Assembly: GCA_002269645.1 (NCBI GenBank)
Contig: NIVC01003382.1
Location: forward strand, 36,420 to 100,419
DNA: 64,000 nucleotides
From: Macrostomum lignano
Lineage: Eukaryota
Direction of reading: 5' to 3'
The position numbers and the translations under genes were made by a program. Positions 53,278 through 64,000 of this stretch are shown here, piece by piece; position 1 is the stretch's first letter, and each line of letters begins with the position of its first letter. A model generated the notes under the pieces. The model saw only the letters and a list, made by a program, of their open reading frames with translations, was not told where the DNA came from and did no database searches.

Positions 53278-56200
53278 TTAGGCCTCGGCCACTGTGTAAT
53301 CCAGAATCTCGCCAGCAGGGTGCTCAATGCTGTACCGCAGCACCAGCTCCTTGGACTCGCCTGGTGTGTTGGAAGCAACCAGGACGGCAGGGAAATAATA
53401 CAGTGGAAATATTCTTCGACAAAAGATTGGTGGAAAGTATAGTATAAGTACCGTCTGAGCTATAACTTCTGAGCATGGTTTAAACTGATTTTCTCACCTT
53501 TTTCTAAACCTCTGCTATGGGGGGGGGCAACACAAACCCGAGAAATCTCTACTCCGAAAAGCGCTTCCCTTCATAAACCCGAAATATCATAAACCCCAAA
53601 ATATCATAAACTCCGAAAGTTCTAGCAATGTTCAACACTATTTTGGTGTTGTCAGTATAGTCTTTTATACTGATTCTGTTCACTGTTAGTTCTGTTAGCC
53701 AGACAAAGAAACTTTTTCTGGTGCGCTTCGATTTTAAACAAACGTTTAATCAAAATGGTTCTTCAGTTCGTGACTGGAACAAAGGCTTGAATGCTCTGTA
53801 GAAAAACCCGAGGTTGGCTAGCCTCAGGAGTAGATAGCTAAAACTGGGTCTCCATCGCCCTAATGAGGAAGGCGTGGCGGAATGCAATGGGCTGAGAAAT
53901 AGACTCGCAGCTGTCCTGGTCACTGCGCTAGGCTTTACAAAGAGAGAAGCTCTGGATGGGAATTCGAGTCGACATGTTGAGAGCCGAGCCAGTGGAGGCC
54001 ATTCCGAACCACTTAAGTGTTACTCGGTTTGGTCTGGCACTGTAACTATGTAGCTTGTAGAAGATAGGGGGGAATACTTTGCTAGAAGCCTTTGCCAGAG
54101 CAATGTTGATGCTGATTTCATTAAGCTACGCTCGGGTTTTATACTCAGAAATCCCATACATATGAGCATAGGTTTATGAATGTACTTTTGCCGCTAAAGA
54201 GTGAACTGTTGGATATTCTAATCCAGGTTTTGGAAGGCTTCCAACCGGAAGGCGCTAAATTCCATCGAACCTCTCAAATCGAGCGTACCAGCTTCAAGGT
54301 CGATGTCCCACTCGACATTGTTGGCCTTGTTGACGCGGATTGGTTTCTGCCTGTCGTACTTTTCCGGATGCTTCACCTGTGGCTCAATCAGGCTCACCTG
54401 GGTTTGAAGAAATAGCCATAGTTTAGTAAGTTAGATCGCTCGCCCGGGTTTTGTACTGCTAATCCAGACAACAGCCGACCCGCAGCTAGCGAGGAGGCAA
54501 GCAATCGAGCTCATTCCACTGAGATGTACGCAGGCACATGCTCACGCGCTCAGGCAAGTACGCACTTTGCGCCTTGGCATTGGCCTTCATAGGCGTGAAT
54601 CGCGGATTTCCGTGCACGAGCCGATAGATAAATTAACATGGTCGTTCGACGAATCGCACCCATGCAGAGACTTTGGCAGATTCAGACGCGTCACCGCTCC
54701 AGCACTCACTAATTAACCAAGCACCACCCTTAAAATGCTCACCTTGATCTTGTCTTCAACAGACAGTGGATAGGATTCCATCACTAGCACCCGAAGTGCC
54801 TTCTGATGATTGTTCTTGACCTCGATGACCTGCCGGTGTAGAAAGCTGACGGTTTTGGACTGGCCAGTGTCGCGCTTCTTGAACATTGGCTTGTAATTGA
54901 TCTTGATGCCGTGGTCGGCGCCAAGCGGACAGCTGAACTCCTCTAAGGGTGCGGCCGCCTTCAACTCAGACTGTGTTGGAAGCGGAGATAGGGATGTTGC
55001 GAATCAACTGTATTCATTAGGGACTGTAGCTTGGAACTGTAGCTAGGAGCTGGGAACTGTAGCTAGGAGCTGGGAACTGTAGCTAGGAGCTGGGAACTGT
55101 AGCTAGGAGCTGGGAACTGTAGCTAGGAGCTGGGAACTGTAGCTAGGAGCTGGGAACTGTAGCTAGGAGCTGGGAACTGTAGCTAGGAGCTTGGAACTGT
55201 AGCTAGGAGCTGGAACTTTACCTTGGAGATGAAGTTGTTATCCACGTAGATATTGGCCGGGCCAGCCAGCAGTGCGTACGCCGAAGTGTTGGTCACGTTG
55301 GCCTTCAAGTAGGCGTACGGAGCTCGCCGCGGCACCGATTCGTAGCTGAAGGTAGGGCTCAGATCAATGATGGCGATGGTCACCTTGTGCTGCTCGCCAT
55401 CGGATGGGATGGTAAACAGGCGCGGCACTTCGAACTGTGTGCTCTGGACGTTCAGCGACGAACGAAGCGTCTCCATGAGGCGGATCTGGGTGCCCTGAAT
55501 TAGTTAGTCAATTATGAGAGGGTTTTTTAGTGCGATAGCCTCGCGTATTGAAGTATGGAGTGTGCGAACCCAAAGTTTCCTATAGAAAGTTTCTGTACAA
55601 GTTACCCTTGGATTCGGATTAGTTAACCTTTGGATTCGGACGAGTTAACCTTTGGATTCGGACGAGTTAACCTTTGGATTCGGACGAGTTAACCTTTGGA
55701 TTCGGACGAGTTAACCTTTGGATTCGGACGAGTTACCCTTGAATTCGGATTAGTTACCCTTGGATTCGGATTAGTTACCCTTGGATTCGGACGAGTTACC
55801 CTTGAATTCGGATTAGTTACCCTTGAATTCGGATTAGTTACCCTTGAATTCGGATTAGTTACCCTTGGATTCGGATTATATAGTTACCCTTGGATTCGGA
55901 TTATATAGTTACCCTTGGATTCGGACGAGTTACCCTTGAATTCGGATTAGTTACCCTTGAATTCGGATTAGTTACCCTTGAATTCGGATTAGTTACCCTT
56001 GAATTCGGATTAGTTACCCTTGAATTCGGATTAGTTACCCTTGAATTCGGATTATATAGTTACCCTTGGATTCGGACGAGTTACCCTTGAATTCGGATTA
56101 GTTACCCTTGAATTCGGATTAGTTACCCTTGAATTCGGATTAGTTACCCTTGAATTCGGATTAGTTACCCTTGGATTCGGACGAGTTACCCTTGGATTCG

Positions 56201-59200
56201 GATTAGTTACCCTTGGATTCGGAAGAGTTAACCTTGGATTCGGATTAGTTACCCTTGAATTCGGATTAGTTACCCTTGGATTCTGATTATATAGTTACCC
56301 TCGGGTTCGGACGAGTTTCAATTTGGTTTCACGTTGTTTCACCCGTTTTGGGGATGTTGGGATATATTTAGATAGGCTTTATCATGATTTTTATTTTCCT
56401 GAATTCAGGATCATTGTTCATGAGTTTCTACAATTTCTCTTCAAATCGAAATCTTCAGGAAGAAAACAAACAAACTTTCTGGCGTATATTTTAATAAAGC
56501 CGAAAGTTTTGTTACTCGAAAAACTGCCATTATGCTACTTTCCAGTAGTATTCGGTCTTTATTTTCGGTACAGCCCCTGGTAATACTAGAATTTGCTCGA
56601 AGCAGCAAAAAAGTTTCAGGATTAAGTGCCTGTTGTGTGAGCGAGTGACCAAGTCCTAATCCGTTAGGGCTTGGAGTAAACCCCGTTGACTCAGCATAGC
56701 TCCCTCACGTGACTCACCCCCTGTTCTGCCTCTGTCTAGCGCTCTCCCGGGCAAGCCCAGCTCAGGCCCTAGCGACAATGCAAAAAAGCAAAGCCAAAGC
56801 CGCATCCCTGTAAACTGGGAAGCCTCCCAGCCTCCTTCCTATCTCTTTGCCTGGGTCTCCTCCCCACTGCCTTTCTTCTCTTGGCTCCCTCCCATTCCTC
56901 CTTGCTGTGTTTTTCTTCCTCCCATCGCTCGCGCGCGGGGCGCGGAGCGGAGGAAATTGGGGGAAGGCGGCGGGGGGAGGGTTGCGGTCGGGCAAGCAAC
57001 TCCGCGGCGATGCGTTTTTTACGAGATGAAGAAGAGGAGAGGCTGGGCCTGGGAGAGAGATAGGATTTGCAGGGGTCGGGAACAGTGCTGGGGATCTGAG
57101 TCACGATTGCTGAGCAGTCCAGGCAGTAGAGGGAGGGGAATTGAAAGAAGCTCCGTCTTCTCCTTCTTTTTCCGCTCCGTCTTCCTAGTCGTCATCCGCT
57201 TTTATCTTCTTGGCTATCGCCTGTTCTCTGATTGCATTTTCTGCCGAGCCGCTCCCAGGGCAAGAGAGAATAAAGAAGGCGACCCCCCTGAAGCCCTCTG
57301 GCGCGCCCGACTCTTCGATCTTGAGGGAGCAGTTTTGACTTTTTTTACTTGAGCAGCGAGCCCGACTCTTTTTACTTCGAAGCTTCGAGGGCGATTAGAT
57401 GGAGAGAGAGAGAGAGAGAGAGAGAAATGAGGGGCGGGACAGAAAGATGGAGAGTTGAGATGCTGAGGCTGGATGAGGCCTGGGTGAAAGCTTTGTTTAG
57501 GTTTGAGCTTATTCGACCCCCCCACCCAACCCAATCGCCGTCCCAAATCCCACAGGCCTAATCGCGGATAACGGTTGCCAAGAGGTTTCCGGTTGCTGGG
57601 ATCGAATCGGGGATTTGGATGAGGAAGTGACTGAGAGCGGCAGCGCTGAGATGGAGAAATCTGGCGCCAGTCCCACAGGGTGAGCCTGCTCAAGCGTGAG
57701 ACAGACGTCACGTGCTGCGGCGGGATGGTTCGAATTTTCTGAGCATTGTCCCGAATCGAGCATGCAGCATGCAGCTCGGAGCAGCAAGGTCTCTGAACCG
57801 GCGCAAAGTCTCAGAATTCGCTGTTGGGTTGGTCGGATTATATCTCGGCTCGTTCCTTGCTGCTCAAGTGAGCACATCATAAAAGAGTCAATCTTTAAAG
57901 AGAGCTCATATATCCTCTATTTTGTGACTCCTAAAACTCAGTTAGGACAAAATGGATGACGAATAGTTTAGGCGTTATAGAACTTATTGTCTGTGAAGTT
58001 TAGGATTTGTGAAGTTTAGGATTTGTGAAGTTTAGGATTTGTGAAGTTTAGGGTCTGTGAAGTTTGGGGTCTATGAAGTTTGGGGTGTGTGAAGTTTAGG
58101 GTCTTGAAGTTTGGGGTGTGTGAAGTTTAGGGTCTTGAAGTTTGGGGTGTGTTAAGTTTAGGGTTTGTGAAGTTTAGGGTCTGTGAAGTTTGGGGTGTGT
58201 GAAGTTTAGGGTCTGTGAAGTTTGGGGTCTATGAAGTTTGGGGTGTGTGAAGTTTAGGGTCTTGAAGTTTGGGGTGTGTGAAGTTTAGGGTCTTGAAGTT
58301 TGGGGTGTGTGAAGTTTAGGGTTTGTGAAGTTTAGGGTCTATGAAGTTTGGGGTTTGTGAAGTTTAGGGTCTTGAAGTTTGGGGTGTGTTAAGTTTAGGG
58401 TTTGTGAAGTTTAGGGTCTGTGAAGTTTGGGGTGTGTGAAGTTTAGGGTTTGTGAAGTTTAGGGTCTATGAAGTTTGAGGTGTGTGAAGTTTAGGGTCTT
58501 GAAGTTTGGGGTGTGTGAAGTTTAGGGTCTGTGAAGTTTGGGGTGTGTGAAGTTTAGGGTCTGTGAAGTTTGGGGTGTGTGAAGTTTAGGGTCTGTGAAG
58601 TTTAGGGTTTGTGAAGTTTAGGGTCTGTGAAGTTTAGCATTTGTGAAGTTTAAGGTTTGTGAAGTTTAGGGTTTGTGAGGTTTAGGGTTTTTTTATTTTT
58701 TTTTTAGAGGCAGGGGGGTTGTGTGCACCCTGGCGCACTTTAAGCGATATTGGCACACAACCGGCGAGAGGCATTACTGCCCATTCCGCCGACTCCCCTG
58801 AGCAGGCATACAAGCGCGCGGATACGTACGCAGGCACACACTCACACAGGAGTGTACAGCGGCCCTAACTTTATTTTATCGTTAGGCATGTACACTTTAC
58901 TGCGCCTTGGGGGTTGGCTCTCAAGGCCGTTAATTGCACGAGCAGAGCCAAGCCGAGATTCCAAATCAGCCCCAAATTAATGTGACTGCACTTGGAATCG
59001 AGCCTGGGTCGCTGGCACACCAGAGCAGCTGCGCTACCGCTGGGCTACGGCCCCCCTCTGAGGTTTAGGGTTTGTGAAGTTTAGGGTTTGTGAGGTTTAG
59101 GGTTTGTGAAGTTTAGGGTTTGTGAAGTTTAGGGTTTGTGAAGTTTGGGGTCTGTGAAGTTTAGGGTTTGTGAAGTTTAGGGTTTGTGAAGTTTGGGGTT

Positions 59201-62200
59201 TGTGAAGTTTAGGGTTTGTGAAGTTTAGGGTTTGTGAAGTTTGGGGTCTGTGAAGTTTAGGGTTTGTGAAGTTTAGGGTCTGTGAAGTTTGGGGTTTGTG
59301 AAGTTTAGTGTCTGTGAAAGCGCCCTTCACCTCCTGTTGCCCGTTGGTGACAGCGGAGCCTGACGCAGCTGCGGCGGCTGCGGCAGCCGCGGCTGACGAG
59401 CTGGCTCCGTGCATCGGGGTGCCTTCGATCGGCGTCCTGCCGGCATCCTCGCCCGCCGCTGTCATCGCCGCTTCGTCCGAGGAGGCCGCGGCGCCGCCAC
59501 CGCCGCCCGCGCCTCCGTCGGGATCGGCCGACGACATCCTGGCCAGATTGCTGGCCACCTTGTCGTTGGCGTGGAAGCTGAGCGCCTTGACAACCCGGCT
59601 GGATTTGCGCGCCTTGGTTGCGGTTTTCCTCAGCGTCACGGTTGGCTCGCTGCGGGAAAAGTGAAACCAATTGCACTGAGTTAATTAAGCAGTGAAATCC
59701 ATAGATCGAGGAGGCAAACAGTCATGTGAATTCCTCTGGTCCCTGAATTCGTACATGCACACGCTCACACAGGGTGTACACAAGGACTACTAGGAACACT
59801 TCGTTGTAGTCTAGTCTAGTAGTCCTTGGGTGCATATTGAATGAGTCCGCGCAGAGAATCGAACGTGGGTTGCTTGGGCGCGAGATTCTACCCATCCTTT
59901 AGGGCCTTCGCCCTCTTCTCAGGCTGTCCGATGAATGCTCTAGCGTGACCTTCTTTACCCCCCAAGCCTGGAAGGCATCAGATGCATGCAGCTGGAGCTC
60001 CTCCATCTCCAATTTACTCGCCAGCTAAGTAATGACTTTTCAGGCTAAGCTGTCACAAAAAATCCCATGCCCGGAGGCGGCGGCGGCGGCGGCAATTTGA
60101 AATGCGATTTTTCAGGAAAGCCGGTCCCGACCCGCATCGCCTGAGCCGGACGCGAGCCTTTAAGCAGCGGGGCCAGTAGGGTAGATTAGAATTGCAAGAG
60201 TCTTCTTACGCGCCAGAAGCAAGAGAGTCGCAACAGCAAAGCAAGAAAATATGATGAGCGAGTCTGATGAGGGCGAATTTCAAGCAGGAATGACTCACCA
60301 GCTCGCCCTGCCTCGATTCGGCCTTCCCTACTACAATATACCCCTTGGGGGAGACTTTGCTGCCTTCTTTTATCTTCCCAGTTGCCTTCATCAGTTTTTG
60401 TCCGTCTCCCTACTAGCTAGCTGAAGTTTGTTGCGCCCTGTTGCCCCGGGTCCATCCCGCCCGGGCCAATTTGCTCATAATTAATGCTATTGATCACCTG
60501 GGGCCACGAAGTCTGCATGCAACCCTATACTCAAATTAATGTTTCCCCGGGGAGGGAATGCTCGCCTTTAGTCTCTTTGACCAGTCCACGGATGCTGTTG
60601 CGATGCCTCCTGTGAGGCTCAAGAAAAACTATACAAGTTGAGAGAGCCAAGATCGAATGCTAAAAATTCTCTAACAATGACACGGGCTTGAAGCAGTTGC
60701 ATGCACTCACACTTTGCCAGCCTTAAAATGCGCCCTGTGGACTCCAAGCGCCGGAGCTGTGCCGCCAACTCCCGGCTGGCTTGTAGACAGGGACAGCTGC
60801 GAGTTCACCCAGTCCTCGCCAGTGCTCTGCTGCACGAGGCCGTAGTAGATGATCTGCGGGATTAGAGGCGTCCGAATCCACTCCTTGGCCATGGTCTGAA
60901 CTGTCAATAACTTAATCTGTCTATGATCTTAACTATCTATGACCTAAAGTTTCTATGACTTAAACTTTCTATGACCTAAGCTGTCTATGACCTAAGCAAT
61001 CTAAGACCTACCCAAATTGTCTATGACTTAAACTGTCTTTGACTTAAACTGTCTATGACCTTAGATTTCTATGACTTAAATTTTCTATGACCTAAGCTGT
61101 CTATGATCTAAACTGTCTATGACCTGAGATTTCTATGACTTAAATTTTCTATGACCTAAGCTGTCTATGACCTAAACTATCTAAGACCTGCCCAAACTGT
61201 CTATGACCTAAATTGTCATTGACCTAAACTATGACATGAGATATCTTTGACTTAAGTTTTCTATGACCTAAACTGTCTATGACTTAAACTGTCTATGACC
61301 TGAGATTGCTATGACCTAAATTTTCGGTGACCTTCTATGACCTTCTATGACCTTCTATTACCTTCTAGCAGTCTATGATCTAAACTGTCTATGACCTGAG
61401 ATTTCTATGACTTAAACTTTCTATGACCTAAGGTGTCTATGACCTTCTCCCTCGAAAACTATCAATGACCAAAATTGTCAATGACAAATAGTAGTCAAGT
61501 GAATAACTTCCTCGGTAATGCTTAGAAATTAATTCAACCATTTACAATGCACTAACTCGATCTGGATGCAAATTTATGCATAGCATTATAACAAACTACA
61601 TTAGGCATTGGAAACTAAATTTGATTTACATTTCAGCCGGGAATTCGTACAAAAACTTTTTTAGGCGCGAAAAAATTCAAGAGCCAAGGCGCACTGCGGG
61701 CACACCGAAGCCCAATTAAAATCAGCTTTCACTCCAAACTCCATCGAAATGAGTGAGTAAGCTTCTCCCGCTGTGATGAAGCAGAACCTTTTCCCATTAT
61801 CGTCGTAGCGCTTTGGCCACACAAGTGAACTGGAAGTGCGGGGACTTAAGCCAGCCTTCGGCAGTACCGTATAGTCCAGCCTTTCCGCCCCATTCTATTA
61901 GATGCAGCCCAGCAGCGCATATTGGGATTGAAAGTTTACAGTAGAATGCCTTAAACTGCAGAGACTATATTATTCCGTCACGGCCCTCTGCAGTAGCTTG
62001 ATACAGCAGTGACTCATGGTTAAGCATGACAGGCAAGCCGTTCTCTGTTTATACGCCAATACTTTCTTTTCCTTGGCATGGACCCCTCCCCCTCTCTGTA
62101 CCTCCTTCTGTCCTCCTTTCAGATCCTTACTTAGCAGAAATGCTTTCTTATAGTGGAGTGGAAATCAAATTAAGAGACCTCCAATATACTTAACACAGTG

Positions 62201-63171
62201 TATAGTGTATAGTATATACTTTCTCTATCCATTCAATCCCGACGAATGCCATGGAGTGTACAAACAAGGGCTTGAGCCTGGGGTCCACGAACTCCGGCCC
62301 TCGAAGCCTCTCTATCCGGCCATCGGTCCTTGAAGTTTGAAACTTCACAACAGCAGTCCGCCCCGCTCAGGGTTTGTGTCTCTTCTCATCTCTATTCTCT
62401 CCCCTCATCTCTCTTCTCTCCCTCATCTCTCTTCTCTCCCTCATCTCTTCTCTCCCCTCATCTCTCTTCTCTCCCGTCATCTCTCTTCTCTCCCCTCATC
62501 TCTCTTCACTCCCGTCATCTCTCTTCTCTCCCCTCATCTCTCTTCACTCCCGTCATCTCTCTTCTCTCCCCTCATCCCTCTTCTCTCCCGTCATCTCTCT
62601 TCTCTCCCTCATCTCTCTTCTCCCGTCATCTCTCTTCTCTCCCTCATCTCTCTTCTCTCCCGTCATCTCTCTTCTCTCTCTCATCTCCCTTCTCTCCCTT
62701 CATCGCTCTTTCTCTTCCCTCATCTCTCTTCTCTTCCCTCATCTCTCATCTCTCCCCTCATCTCTCTTTTCTTTCCTCATCTCCCTTCTCTTCCCTCATC
62801 TCTCTTCTCTTGCCTCATCTTCTTCTCTCCTCTCATCTCCCTTCTCTTGCCTCATCTCTCTTCTTTCATCGCTCATCTGACCTCTCCTCTCATCTCCTCT
62901 CTCGCCTCACTTCTCTGTTCTCTCATGAGCAGCCATGAGCTGGATACTTAATTTGGCTCTGAGGTGAAACAGGTTTCCAACCCTGCTTAAGGGAATCTGA
63001 TAGATTTTAACCTACAGTGGACAGATGGATAGCGAGCCTCACCTTCATGGCGGACTCGTTGCTGAACACTCGGACGTCGTATTTCGGCGACCATTTGGCC
63101 CGGCTGACCACGTAGGACAGATAGAGCTCCAGCTGCGTGGCTCCTGACACTCCAGTACGATGGAGATTTCG
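53278..63171 (-). CDS. DUF4139/DUF4140-family protein (C. elegans F37C4.5-like), 5'-incomplete, at least 7 exons
   Basis: Exons 63171-63043, 60853-60711, 59649-59331, 55494-55222, 54970-54743, 54397-54289, 53360-53278. Motifs LELYLSYVVSRAKWSPKYDVRV, YYGLVQQSTGEDWVNSQLSLSTSQP, TIPSDGEQHKVTI, AYLKANVTNTSAYALLAGPANIYVDNNFISK, FSCPLGAD, IEVKN...VMESYPLSVEDKIKV, VEWDIDLEAGESKELVLRYSIEHP. Upstream exons not located; possible frameshift near 63141. Confidence 0.85.
55022..55217. repeat. 20-bp minisatellite starting about 5 nt inside the donor at 55221
   Basis: Unit aactgtagctaggagctggg. Confidence 0.95.
55600..56312. repeat. 21-bp minisatellite in a DUF4139 intron
   Basis: Unit gttacccttg(g/a)attcgga(tt/cg)a; period 21 verified. 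Confidence 0.95.
57990..59318. repeat. 16-bp minisatellite containing TTTAGGG, split by a SINE
   Basis: Unit tttgtgaagtttaggg; arrays 57990-58689 and 59059-59318; starts about 12 nt inside the donor at 59330. Confidence 0.95.
58690..59058 (-). mobile_element. Full-length tRNA-derived SINE with A-rich tail and 14-bp TSD
   Basis: Minus strand GGGGGGCCGTAGCCCAGCGGTAGCGC (A box) ... CAGGCTCGATTCCAAG (B box); A-rich tail at 58690-58705; TSD TGAGGTTTAGGGTT at 58676-58689 and 59059-59072. Confidence 0.88.
59750..59906 (-). mobile_element. Diverged SINE-like fragment with strong internal hairpin
   Basis: B-box-like GTTCGATTCTC (59864-59854); shares CACRCTCACACAGGNGTGTACA with 58836-58858; A box degenerate. 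Confidence 0.45.
60920..61445. repeat. Degenerate 16-bp minisatellite in a DUF4139 intron
   Basis: Unit approx. ctgtctatgacctaaa. Confidence 0.88.
62385..62925. repeat. CT-rich 19-bp minisatellite in a DUF4139 intron
   Basis: Unit approx. ctcatctctcttctctccc. Confidence 0.9.
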
Positions 63172-63354
63172 CTAAAAATTTTATACAGTTTTTAAGTGGT
63201 ATTGATTTTGGCTTGCAATTTTGTTAAAATTCAATTAGACTTCATTTGCGGAGAGAGCGAGGCCTGTATGTAGGTCCACTCGGAGGCCACTTCACTGAAC
63301 CAAGTGGCTCTCAGGCATTTCGGTATGTTGGCTACTTTCTTGCAATATAGCGCC

Positions 63355-63940
63355 TCTCTGACACCATAGTGCCTTTCTGACCCCATAGGCGCCTTTCTAA
63401 CACCATGAGCGCGCATCTCTGACACCATGGAAACCTCTCTGACACCATGGAAACCTCTCTAACACCATGGAAACTCTCTGAAACCATGGGAACCTCTCTG
63501 ACACCATGGGAACCTCTCTGAAACCATGGGAACCTCTCTGAAACCATGGGAACCTCTCTGACACCATGGAAACCTCTCTGAAACCATGGGAATCTCTCTG
63601 ACACCATGAAACCTCTCTGACACCATGGGAACCTCTCTGACACCATTGAAACCTCTCTGACACCATGGGCACCTCTCTGACACCATGGAAACCTCTCTGA
63701 CACCATGGGACCTCTATGACACCATGGAAACCTCTCTGACACCATGGGAACCTCTCTGACACCATGGGAACCTCTCTGACACCATGGAAACCTCTCTGAC
63801 ACCATGGCACCTCTCTGACACCATGGAAACCTCTCTGACACCATGGGAACCTCTAACACCATAAACCTCTCTGGACACCATGAGAACCTCTCTGACACCA
63901 TGGAAACCTCTCTGACGCTATTAGCGCCCCCTCTGACGCT
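63355..63940. repeat. 20-bp minisatellite
   Basis: Unit gacaccatgg(a/g)aacctctct. Confidence 0.93.
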
Positions 63941-64000
63941 ATGCTCATGGTTGTCTCTCTAACATCACGATGCCTCTCTAACACCATATATCTATCGCCA

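Noticed and set aside
58990-59058. tRNA gene
   Set aside because: Has A and B boxes but no complete cloverleaf or acceptor stem, and continues into a SINE body with A-rich tail and TSD.
60296-60410. Extra DUF4139 exon ending at GAGCTG|GTGAGT
   Set aside because: Nearby acceptors give in-frame stops in the required phase, and flanking exons (60711 to 59649) join in frame without it.

Overview
Eukaryotic (animal) genomic DNA: GT-AG introns, GC-rich CAG/CTG-biased exons, AT-rich spacers and a very high load of tandem repeats. The style suggests a free-living flatworm such as Macrostomum, which is inference only. I spliced the gene models by hand. Seven protein-coding loci are supported: two near-identical, intronless, double alpha-crystallin small HSP genes in inverted orientation about 50 kb apart (647-1459 +, 51546-50740 -), each with HSE plus TATA; an 8-exon FLVCR-like MFS transporter (-); a 5-exon gene the ORF track does not reveal, encoding a catalytically dead TKL/RIPK-like pseudokinase with a C-terminal death-domain-like region (-); a 6-exon clockwork-orange-like bHLH-Orange factor (+); an 11-exon MBOAT1/2-type acyltransferase (-); and a 5'-incomplete DUF4139/DUF4140-family gene (-). 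Mobile DNA comprises a degraded RTE-like LINE, three LTR-retrotransposon remnants (partly nested), hAT-, MULE- and Tc1/mariner-like non-autonomous elements, and tRNA-derived SINEs. The most distinctive structure is that many introns carry their own private minisatellite, often starting within a few bases of a splice donor. One array amplifies the FLVCR exon-1 donor itself about 36 times. No database searches were run; all family calls come from motif recognition.
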